Shown piece after piece: positions 28,901-39,859 of a stretch of 64,000 nucleotides of DNA. Made by a program: the position numbers and the translations under genes. How positions within the stretch are numbered: position 1 is the stretch's first letter; each line of letters starts with the position of its first letter. The notes below the pieces were generated by a model. That model saw only the letters and a list, made by a program, of their open reading frames with translations. It had not been told where the DNA came from and did not search any database. Origin of the DNA: Tubulanus polymorphus (Eukaryota > Animalia > Nemertea); NCBI RefSeq assembly GCF_964204645.1, contig NC_134027.1, positions 25,506,560-25,570,559 of the forward strand, read 5' to 3'.

Positions 28901-31900
28901 GGCACGAACAACCGACTGTTAATTGATGAGACTTTGTTTTTCTGCGATATTTCGCTTAATTTTGGGGATACATACCTCATTGACATGACCCCAAATACCT
29001 GGATCGCCGGTTGTGAACCATTGGCCACCAGAATAGGTTAATTTGTTAAGTAAATACAGGACTAATATCTAGCTATCGTTCTTGGTAACCCGTAAGATCA
29101 TCTGGTATTCGGACTACAAGGCCTGTAGACCGATCTTAATCTGGAATTGCCTAATTATGCCGGTATTTGGAAATTGCTGTAATATTCTCCAGAATATGTT
29201 AAGATGAAACCATTGACTATAAAATGATTTGTTCGTTTCTGAGTCCGTGGTGAAACTTAACTTATTTTCTCATAATACTCACTTGCAAGGAAGTTGAGTT
29301 TTTGAAAAATTGCTTCAAAAGACCTGTCACAAAAACCTCCGTCAAGATTATCAATATTTCATCATTATCTTAAATTTGTTTTGTTAGCGCTCGTCAGTCA
29401 AGGATACAACGGCTCCGAGTTTCCATGACGGAACTCCGTGGATCGTGAAAGGTTTGAAAGGATGTTGGTTCTTCAAAATTCCTCATAAGGTACAGAATTT
29501 TCAAATCCAGTTGAGTCCGAGCTGGCCGAGCGTAATTTCAAAATGCTTTTCGAATTTTGTATTTTACTTGTAATTTTCAGGACGGAGGTGATAAGAATGT
29601 CGGTAATCCTCTGTCGAAGGATTACATGAATAAAGTGGAAGATCGTACTCTGCAGGCGTGTTCGGGACCGTACGCAGACCGCGTTCTGCAACTCGGTAAA
29701 ATGTGTTCGTACTGGAAGAATAACATGGAACGAATTGAGTAAGTCAGTCTCACGGAGTTTGGCAGAGTTCATAAAATCGGAAATTCATTTCCATAATAAT
29801 CGGTTATGATTTGACTCCCTGGTTTAAAACATGAACTGGTTTTAAACTGATTTTGACTCTTCCGCTGATTTGTTGCATTAATTTAATTTTCTATTAGAGG
29901 CCAGATGACTCTTTGGTTAAAGAAGAAAGACATGCCGCCTGCTGTTATCAAGTAAGAAGTCGGTTTTGACTGACATATTTTACTGCCGACTTTTGAATTA
30001 TCTCATAGTTTCAGTTATGCAACCATTACTACTACAAGTTATCTCGTAGTTTCTGTTCGACCATCATTGCCACTCTTAAGTTATCTCATAGTTCTGGCAC
30101 ACAGGAATGACCCAGTTTCTGATTGGCTGGTGATGTGAAGAAACTTCATTCTCAATGCTTGTTAGTCAATCATTTGAATATACTCATATGAACAATGGTT
30201 GATAATGTAATAGCTCTACTACCAACTACACGATAATGACTGGGAAGAAATGCAGCAGAAGCGGACATTGTTAAAATCTTAAAATGAGGTTTCGCGTGAA
30301 TTTGTTTCAGTAATTCAGATTACGATGAAGACGGTCAGTACGGAGCTATAATACCCCGTGTGATCAGTGCGGGGACTATCACGCGTAGAGCTGTTGAACC
30401 GACCTGGCTGACTGCCAGCAATGCCTACGTAAGTTCGACAGAAATCCACTAGATTAGACAAATCAGTTGTAATGCGTAAAATCCCTTACTTAGAAGTGTG
30501 TTTCCTTGAGTTAGCAGTTTATTCAACCTTTCGACATCCTGATACAGGTAGTCACCCTCAGTATTATTAAGTATTATGACAAAATGATGAGGTGTTTATA
30601 CTAAATAAAGAGACTAATTTAACCCTTTCAGTGCGTCTACACCGCGGCGCGGTGTATGAATCGGTGATGGATTTTGCTAGTACACCGCACTGCAGTGTAT
30701 TGGTGTAATCAGTAATTAGTTTTTATCTCTCTTGAAAAATGGCAGCTCCTGTCAAACATCGTGAAATCTTAGTAACTACTCCGTGCCGCGGTGTAGACAC
30801 ACTTCAGTGGTATTCCCGTTATTCAACACACTAGGGTGGAATTTTTAAAAATTTTCAAATTATCTCCAGCACTATAGGGTATTAATTAGTCAGCACTGAA
30901 AGGGTTAAACGATGAGATGTGATATAATCGGCCAGTCTTGAGACTACAGATTGAACATTTGACATTCTTAACATTTTTAATTTACATTCCGTTACAATTA
31001 GAATATCATGAAGCTGAAATCTGTGCAAAGCTCGAAATATTTCAAAAACTTTTTTCTTCCGCAGACCGATAGAGTAGGCAGTGAATTAAAGGCTATGGTA
31101 CAATGTCCACCCGGGTATCATTTTGTCGGCGCTGATGTTGATTCTCAGGAGTTGTGGATCGCTGCAATCCTCGGAGACGCACATTTTAAAGGCGTTCATG
31201 GTAAATGAAGAAACAAACATAAGCTGTGTTCACACTATGTTACTATGTGTAAGCTTATTTGGAATGGTTCTAAATTTAGTCTGTTCCAATTCAAAACAGA
31301 CCAATTTAGACTGACTGAAAGGACCGATTCAGGTGCATTAAATTTTAGAACAGACCATTTCTCCTGTCTGTGAATAGAAACTTTGCTTTAACTGTCTGCC
31401 AATCACGGTGTTGCATCTAGCTGGACCAGTGCTAACAGCTGATTCATAAACGCAGCATAATTAGAACAAACTAAGTAACGGTAGTGTAATTATGAGTCAT
31501 TTCAGAGCAATTTGGAGCCTGCAATTTTGCTAAAAGTGTCCCACAAAATAATAAGATAAAATCCCACTATTTACAGATTAAAAGAATTTAAAAACCAGAA
31601 TTTATTTATTCAATCAAAAATATATAAAAGACACGACGTTTCGATCTCACCCTAGAGATCATCGTCAGGTGTGAGATTAAGATAAAAAACGGGGGTATGT
31701 ATACAGAGGAGGACAGGTTAATTGAGTAAATTGGTGAGTGAGTAAATAATTAGTGTTTGGCAATGCATGAAGTCCCACAAAATGTTTCAAAGAAAATACC
31801 CTTGAATTGGATAAATGTCAATCAACAATCGAAGGATATTGATTATTTTGTCAGTTTTTCTTTAACATCTAATTTGAAGGTTGTACGGCTTTTGGATGGA

Positions 31901-34900
31901 TGACTTTACAAGGCAAGAAAAGCAGTGGAACCGATCTTCATAGTAAAATAGCATCGACATTAGGAATAAGTAGAGACCACGCTAAAGTACGTTTAACATC
32001 TGCCCTCATAGATTCAGAAACATTTGATTCTGAACTAAAGTTAAATGATATTATCTGAACTATGCCAAAAGTTCAATTAAAGATTTATCTTAACTACGGG
32101 TTAAAACTGGATAGGTTTGGAAGACAATTGAGGACGCTTATGTGAAATTAGGGCACTTTCTGTATCCAAGAAGACGCTAGCGCCACAAGCGTGAAGCCAA
32201 TGCGAGGGTCTGAAAATCAGTTTTGAACTGTGCGTTATTATATTTTAGATATTCAACTACAGCAGGATTTACGGAGCCGGTCAGAGATTCGCCAAACAAC
32301 TACTGATGAGGTTTAATCATAAGATGACACCGTTTGAGGCCGAAAAAAAAGCGAAACTTCTTTATAAAACGACTAAAGGGAACAGGTAGATATTATTGAG
32401 TAGATTCGTGCAAACCAGTGCATAATTTCTAATTCCTGAAATTGTGTCTTGATCTATCGGTTTCTCTGCGGTCTCAGTTTCCTGGTGGCGGCTGGGTTTC
32501 TTGGTCAATGGTTCTTCTCTGGCCTTTTCTCCTTCAATAGACTTTAAAGAATCATCAAACCGTCAAAAGATGGCAGTACCCTGGGTGTATTTCCCCTTTT
32601 ACCTATTTCAACAGAATTGCGATTAACTTATTTCCGGATTGTGTTTGACTTTCAGAATTGCGGGTAAAAAGATCGCGGCGTGGAAAGATGGAATGTAAGA
32701 TTTATCAATAATCGTTTATTCACACATCATCGTCGGGTTGAGTTTCATATATGTGCGGACGAAATAATCCCTGGGTTCATTTTGAAATCTGTCAGTTATT
32801 ACCATGGTTCTTACTTGTTACCTATGGTGGTTGTCATCATCATTTAAGATATACCTCTATCGGTAACTTGGAATTTATGAAAACTGTCTTGGGTTGAGGA
32901 TTTATCCCTTGGGATAACTTTGATACCCAGTCTACAAAAGGTTGGGGATTATGCCTAGGCATAGCTTTGATACCCAGTGTATCGAAGATTAAGTATTTAT
33001 TCATGGGGACAACTTTGATACCAAGTCTATAAAAGGTTAAGTATTCATCCCAAGGGGTTAACTTTGATACCTAGTCTATAAAAGGTTGAGGATTTATCCC
33101 TATGGATAACTTCGATACCCAGTGTATAGAACTGGACCCGGGTGCTGGAATGACGTGATGATGATTTATTTGTGTATTTATTTAGAGAATCAGCCACGTT
33201 TAACATGCTGGAGACTATAGCTACCAGTGAAGAACCTACAACTCCTGTGTTAGGATGTAAAATCAGTAAAGCTCTAAAACCGGATGTGGTTTTCGACAAC
33301 GTAAGACATTTATTATAGAAACCTTATATTCACCGGATCTGTGTTAATTTAGATCGACGTTTGTTCGTGGAGAAGTCTTAACAAGTTACGGGCATTCACA
33401 AGGCTGGCCTATGCATGGCTTAATCATCAATTGTGGGGGAGGGGTGTATCATTATTATGGGAAATTAGTTGAGATTGCTAGATTGTGCGTAAAATTAAAC
33501 AGTGTCCATCTATGTCTTACATATTTGACTGGGTTAATTGATCGGATTCTTAGCAGATCAAGTCAAGAAAAACGTGTATTGCAGGGAAAGAAATCATGAA
33601 GCCAACGTATTTTTGAATTTCGTATTTTAGTTTATGACGAGTCGAGTGAATTGGGTCGTACAGAGTTCGGCGGTTGATTATTTACACCTGATGCTCGTCT
33701 GCATGCGCTGGTTGTTCGAGGAATACGACATCGACGGACGATTCTGTATCAGTATCCACGACGAGGTGCGATACCTCGTCAAATCGGGCGATCGTTACCG
33801 CGCGGCGATGGCTCTTCAGATCACGAATCTGCTCACCCGATGTTTGTTCGCTAAGAAACTAGGAATGAACGATCTTCCGCAGGTGAATAGATATATCGCG
33901 CTCGCAAAAATTATGTATTCAAATCGTAGAGCTGAGTTTACTGCACCGGGACCCAGTTCCACAGTTGTGTGTTAAGATTTGACTCGGAATTAACTCATTG
34001 GAAATGAAATAATCTTAACTCATAACTGTGGAACTGGGTCCTGAAAGTTCACACACAGGGGTCAGATGGATGTGAAAAATGGATGTCTCATGTGCAAAGA
34101 AGCTATGAAAAAAATGTGAAAAATCCGCGAGTCTTGAAAATTGTGAAAAATTAAATTAAAATGTCTGGTTGAAATATTTCGATCCTCTTCTTATACTATA
34201 TACAGAATCCTTAATGGAGCCGGGTCCTGCAAAAGTAGCATAGATTTTATTTTATTACTAGTCTTTTAAAATCTTAGTGAATTCATGAATTCGAATAATG
34301 TTATTGGTGTTTTATAACATAGATTTTATTTTATCAGTCTTTTAAAATCTTAGTGAATTCATGAATTCGAATAATGTTATTGGTGTTTTATAACATAGAT
34401 TTTATTTTATTATTAGTCTTTTAAAATCTTAGTGAATTCATGAATGATGTTATTGGTGTTTTTATATTTTCAGTCGGTCGCGTTTTTCAGCGCTGTTGAT
34501 ATCGATACGTGTTTGAGGAAAGAGGTTCATTTGACGTGTCAAACCCCGTCGAACCCTCACGGATTAGAACGAGGATACGCAATACCTCCAGGTACTAACG
34601 ACTACAACTCTTTTTACCCGTAAATTTTAAACTACAGTCAAAGTCAGTTATAATGCCATCCAATTAAAACCATTGCTGGCTTAAGTTCAAGTTTATTTTC
34701 CGTATATATATATATATGATTGAGAAAATACAGAGTTTACAATATTTTTTTCTCAAAAAGAGTTTTTGCTCGAGTGATGATGTGAGTGAAGCCCGATGTT
34801 CCGTATACCTTCGACTGTTCTTATGGTGACAATTTTCTTCACTCGTAACCGGATGGCTTTCATTTACGAAAAGTCAATATTAGATGTAATCCAGCACTGA

Positions 34901-35093
34901 ATTGCACCTGGTCCTGTTGTTTAGTTGACAAACTGGAAAAGGGCACCCAAAAGATTTTACCGATCTGTAAAAGTCTCACAAGTCCCTCTCGATCCACCCC
35001 TGATTTGTTACTGTTTGCGTCATTGTTTTTAACTCAGGAGAAGCGCTGGATATTCACGAATGTTTGAAGAAAACGAACAACGGCAAATTATAA
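22923..35093 (+). CDS. POLG: Mitochondrial DNA polymerase gamma catalytic subunit, about 1144 aa, 22 exons
   Basis: Exons 22923-23518, 23942-24137, 24626-24751, 25365-25582, 26130-26312, 27092-27278, 27568-27659, 27784-28026, 28288-28355, 28712-28845, 29388-29489, 29581-29738, 29898-29951, 30311-30428, 31065-31200, 31880-31986, 32249-32385, 32656-32694, 33186-33300, 33631-33882, 34474-34591, 35038-35093 (sum 3435 nt, in frame). Motifs: Exo I LVFDVE, Exo [11 protein letters not shown], Exo III YCANDV, Pol [10 protein letters not shown], Pol [17 protein letters not shown], Pol [10 protein letters not shown]. The N-terminus is basic and presequence-like. Confidence 0.97.
26297..26572 (+). repeat. 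About 80-bp tandem repeat (x4) copying the POLG exon 5 donor region
   Basis: Unit ataaacagtaagatctattcaaatcgat...tacacttcagtgcggtgtattga. Confidence 0.85.
26616..26897. mobile_element. piggyBac-type MITE, 282 bp, TTAA TSD
   Basis: TTAA|CCCTTTCAGTGC...GCACTAAAAGGG|TTAA. Confidence 0.85.
30623..30904. mobile_element. piggyBac-type MITE, 282 bp, TTAA TSD
   Basis: TTAA|CCCTTTCAGTGC...GCACTGAAAGGG|TTAA, perfect 12-bp TIR. Confidence 0.9.
31631..31672 (-). ncRNA. Minimal type I hammerhead ribozyme, family B, antisense within a POLG intron
   Basis: acac-CUGACGA-u-gaucuc-uagggu-gagauc-GAAA-CGUC-gugu. Helix I (4 bp) and helix II (6 bp) are perfect, stem III is the palindrome ACGU, and the cleavage triplet is GUC. 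Confidence 0.85.
32890..33140. repeat. About 47-bp minisatellite (gggataactttgatacccagtctataaaaggttgaggatttatccct)
   Basis: About 5 units. The same family occurs at 54440-55100 (about 13 units) and 56875-57150. Confidence 0.8.
34238..34470. repeat. About 80-bp tandem repeat (x3) abutting the POLG exon 21 acceptor
   Basis: Unit catagattttattt...gtcttttaaaatcttagtgaattcatgaat...gttattggtgtttt. Confidence 0.85.
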
Positions 35094-36394
35094 CGTTATC
35101 TTTCATCGAAACTCAATGTAAGTAAGAAGCTATTTTATATCATAATCTAGATAATGATTAGAATAATTATTATATATGTGTAAGCTTTGATGTCGAAGTA
35201 TAACAACTTTTATGACACAATTAACAAGTTTTATGATGAATTAAACATGAAATGATTTTAAAGATAGATAGTTGAGATTAGAAAAAAAATAAATGTTACG
35301 AGGAACTTACGAAACAAAATGGAAAAGGGAGTAATTGGATTGAAGCCTTGGAAGTTTATCTCGTCTCGTTTATCTTGGATGTTTTATTCTCTTTCAATTT
35401 CAAAATACAAGTAGTTAATCTTCAATCTCAAGTTCTGAGACCATTGTTAGCCTCGAGACCAGTGCAATCACACTGATTTGACGTTTCAATATTTCCTGGC
35501 AATTGTATTGCGCTTATGTTTGTTTTACCTGTTAAAAGCTCTCAATTCACCGTTGTCAGCTGATCAAAACTAAGATAAAGTTCTCGGATTAAGAAATATT
35601 TCTTGCTGACCGCTGTGCACGCGTCGTGGCCCTTGAAATCAATGTCAAACTAAAGTCTGCTCGAAATTAGGGGAAAACTAGTGACGTTCAATATCCAATG
35701 CTCAATGTCAAACACATTAACCCCTCAAAATGCGCTGAATTTGACTTAGTTTTCAAGATTTTCTTGTGTGAACAATTTATGCGATTTAAACATTAGGCCT
35801 AAATCAAAGTTGAAATTTCCGTGAAAATAGTGAATAGAAATCTGAAAAAAAATTTTATTTTTTCATCAAAAATTTCACATGTGCTAGCATTTTACCTTCG
35901 TAACCAGCGTATGTGCGTCACATTTATGTGTTCCTCTTCGTTTAGGCGTATAGTAACTTCAGTCGGTAAGATTTGTTAAAAGTTGAAATCCCCTTGATCC
36001 CCTTGTCGCGAGTTTGCTCGATTGAGGCTCTTAACCTCTTATCCTCCTATGTAAAAAAACTTCATATTTTGAAAGTTTCATGTAAGAAAAATGTGGAAAA
36101 ATCCAGGATTTTTGCGGTGAAAAAGTAAAGCATGACGATGTGAAAAATTCAGCATACTTGTCCCCGTTATGTTATAGGCAAACTGGCTTAAATTTTTTTT
36201 CTTCATTTTTCAAATATAGTGAATTCGAAGACAACTCCTGAAATATAGAATTATCTGAAACTGAATTGATGACTTAAACAAATCATTTGAAAGCTACTTA
36301 AACTGTCGTAGAAAATTCCTCGAAGAATTGATTTACCCTTGTTAAAAAGACCTTGAATTCTGTTCGTCTGTTGCCGTATGATTGACACATAGTT

Positions 36395-36557
36395 CCGGCC
36401 AATCAGCTACGAGTATAGCTCACACACCTCCATGTGATGTAAATGAAATCAGGTCATAAACAGAGGAGCACCGTATATAAATCAGATAAAACAACGACCA
36501 AATCAAAATCGAGTTCACTGACTGGTAAGGTGCTACCTGAATTACAGAAATAGCCAG
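36395..36557 (+). promoter_or_regulatory. Candidate promoter and non-coding first exon of the cytochrome b5 gene
   Basis: CCAAT at 36399, TGATGTAAA at 36435, TATAAA at 36476, then donors CTG|GTAAGG (36525) and CAG|GTAAGA (36558). The first coding exon is preceded by an acceptor at 39799. Confidence 0.4.
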
Positions 36558-36724
36558 GTAAGATAGACAACAATTGTAGCATTTAGAATCATTCATTTTC
36601 TTCTTTCTTAGATATTGCGCTTAGCTACGCTATTCTGACTTAAATGAGATAAAAAACCCGCTATCTACAGATTAAAAGAATTTAAAAACAGGAATTTATT
36701 TATTCGATTTAAAATATGTGGAAG

Positions 36725-36766
36725 ACACGACGTTTCGATCTCGCCCTAGAGATCATCGTCAGGTGT
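36725..36766 (-). ncRNA. Minimal type I hammerhead ribozyme, family B copy 2, in the loop of an about 75-bp inverted repeat
   Basis: acac-CUGACGA-u-gaucuc-uagggc-gagauc-GAAA-CGUC-gugu. Flanks 36646-36722 and 36768-36846 are reverse complements, and the left flank matches 31551-31630. Confidence 0.85.
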
Positions 36767-37443
36767 ATTCTATATATTTTAGATTGAATAAATAAATTCT
36801 TGTTTTTAAATTCTTTTAATCTGTAGATAGTGGGTTTTTATCTTATTATCCGTTCACCACGTTTGAGTGTGGTTATCGTTCTTTTCTGGCTTATTCTGAG
36901 AACTTTAAAAAGGATGTGTGTACATATAGGTTTGTGCAAGTGTGGGAAACTGGGTCTCGGATACAATTTCACGTTTCGGAATTAAGATTTAACTCTTTGA
37001 AAATTAATTTATTCTAACTCGCAACTTTGGAACTGACCTGTAGATAGAGGTTAGAGCTACTGTTAAATTTGACTCTTTAATTCTTCTTAAAAAGCTCGAG
37101 TCTGTCACTTGAGAAATCTTTGGACTTTGTGTAGACTAGATTTACTAATCGCTCGGGGAAAAAACGTGACAATCAAATGATAATGACTTGGGAAAAAAAC
37201 TGGTCTCCTAAAAATTAGAATATTTGAAACTTGACATTAATTTCAGTGCTGATCACGAGTTGATGTTCGTTCACTAGGCCTAATCCAAATTGGAAACACT
37301 GAAACTAAAACCATCCAGGCTGATCATTGATCAATTCTTTCTTCAAAAAAGAATTTCATGGTTGTGCAATTTAGTCGAGTTTTTCTCTGAAAATCGGTTG
37401 AGTTTGATGAATTTAAATGATGCACTCAGTATCGAAGTGATTG

Positions 37444-37670
37444 CAGTTCCACAGTTGTGTGGGTTTAATTTGACTCTGGATCCAGTTCCGAAGTTGTGTG
37501 GGTTTAATTTGACTCTGGATCCAGTTCCACAGTTGTGTGGCTTTAATTTGACTCTGAATCCAGTTCCACAGTTGTGTGGGTTTAATTTGACTCTGGATCC
37601 AGTTCGACAGTTATGTGGGTTTATTTTTACTCTGAATCCAGTTGCACAATTGTGTGGCACTAATTTGAAA
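37444..37670. repeat. 39-bp minisatellite derived from a MITE terminus
   Basis: Unit ccagttccacagttgtgtgggtttaatttgactctggat, about 6 copies; inverted array at 46320-46747. Confidence 0.9.
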
Positions 37671-39859
37671 TACGACAATAAATTCTGATGCAAAATTTCT
37701 TAAAATTCTGGCATTAGTTCAAGATTTGTTCGTATGATGGATTATTGAACGCAGTAAACACAGCTGTCGATTCTATACGAGAGCGTAGTACAATACAATA
37801 AAAAATCATAACATGAGTCACAAGTGTTCAATCTGTGACGGAACCTTGAAAAATACCGTACTTGGCTCCCAACCAGAATATTTGCAAAGTACTGATGATA
37901 CGAATTGCCTTGGGGAAAACTGATCAATGAGTTGTGTTTAATTGTTTCTGATGCCGCTAAAACTGACCAGCCATAAGTCAAATTGACTTATTAAGTCGAA
38001 TTTTGACTTATTATGTTGAATTTCGAGATAATAAGTCGAAATTGTGAAAAAAATATCTTGTAATGTCACCTAGGGGCTTCCGTAAATTATGGAATGTGCT
38101 CTGTCAAAAGGGAACCTATGTTTACGAGGAACAAAACAAAAATAGTAGAATTCAATTTTATTGATTATTTCCTAAAATGTAACAATATTTTGTCCACTCC
38201 CAACATCTTCAGTTGTTCGTAGGCCGACCTTTTATACCCGGCCCTGGCACACCTCAATTCTCAAAGCCAGTTCTACAGTGAATAGTTCATAATCAAATCA
38301 TTTCCAAAGGTCTAATGTTCTACTAGAGTCTGAAATTACCTGAAAACTAGAACCTGGGAAGAGTCTTACATCTAAGCTACTGATTGTGAAGAGATGATTG
38401 TGAATGCAGTTCACACAGTCTGTCCTGCTGGAAGTGGATGTATTATCCACTGCTACGGCGATCTATGATCCAAGTCAGGTCAGGTTACCTGGAAATCGCA
38501 GAAAAGGCAGGGATTTTCATATTCTTTAGAAAAAGGTCTTAAGAAATATCCAGGGAATTTTCTAAAAATGCTTCGTGAGATTCAGGGAACTGTGTTGATA
38601 GTCAGTCGTAGATTGCGCGCATAAAATCAAACATTATCCTTCTATATTTTATACTTACTTTGACACTGTGTTAATTAATTGAATTCATAGCAGGTGAGGT
38701 TGAGTAAAACATTCACTCAGTCCTGTGGAACTGGTTGTTTCCACCATGTTTCCGCATAATGCTATGTCCACGGGTACACTGTGACATTGAAGCCGCGACC
38801 ACGAACATTTTTGGAACAACTGTTCACAGTTCACAGGGTGCCAAATGAACCAGTGCCTGTTTGGCCCGGGCCATATTTAGCCCGCCCAAAAATGTCGGAC
38901 CAGGCTGAAGACAAATTTTAGCACGTGTCAAATTATTGCAACTGGTTCCAGAAATGACTCACTTGCATTGTTTATTATCGAATGAGTGGATTGGGTGTGA
39001 GCGCACTTTCTCGGGCACAGGCCAAATTTGGTTCGGGCCTGATCCGTTCTAAATTTGGCCTGGGCCGAGTCATCTCCGTGTTTCACCCAGCGCCGGCAGT
39101 GTGGCTGTCTCCACAGTATATCTACGTTGCTCTACGATCCTGTGTAACCACCCACCCAGACACGTTCATTCAAATTCGCGTGACTTTTGCCGACAGAACT
39201 ACTGTCGGCATTTTTGCCTGTGTTCAAACTGCGATATCTCAGCATATAAACAACCGATTTTGATGAATAAACTATCTACACTAACCTTATGACGTTTTGT
39301 GTTTGTTCATTATATTAGTTTGAGGATAAAACCGATTTTAGTACGATTAAATTTAAGATACAAAAATGATGCGCTGTTTAGCGATGAGACACGCATCGCT
39401 CAAGTGTCTTGTTGCTTACGAACTACAGTGTTACAATGCCTAGTTTCAAAGTGAAAAAATGGTGTCATTTTTGCTATTTCTGTATTTAAATCGCATCAAG
39501 CACGGAGTATGATGAAGGAACCTCCGAATGAACATAATAATAAGAAAACTGAATATGTGAGGTTTGTAATGATAGTTTATTTTTCACAATCGATTTGGTG
39601 AAACTGGATTTCTGGTGGTTTAAAGTCACAGTGATTTAAGAGTATCGAGAAAATGTCGTTCGTGTCTTAGTGTCTGTGGTACATCAGACACTAAGGTTCT
39701 TGGTGAACTCCGTGTAATCTCGGCTTAAGGTTTTTGATGAAGAATAGGCCTACAGCAGAAACCATTCGTGCTCAAATCTAGTTTTCACTTTCTCCGTAGA
39801 GATAAAAACCGGCAATTAACGCAAGATTAAACGAAGAGCTTCGACTACTGAAATACGAA

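Noticed and set aside
37290-37693. ORFs with PQLCGFNLTLDPV repeats (also 46452-46655)
   Set aside because: Translation of a 39-bp MITE-derived minisatellite.
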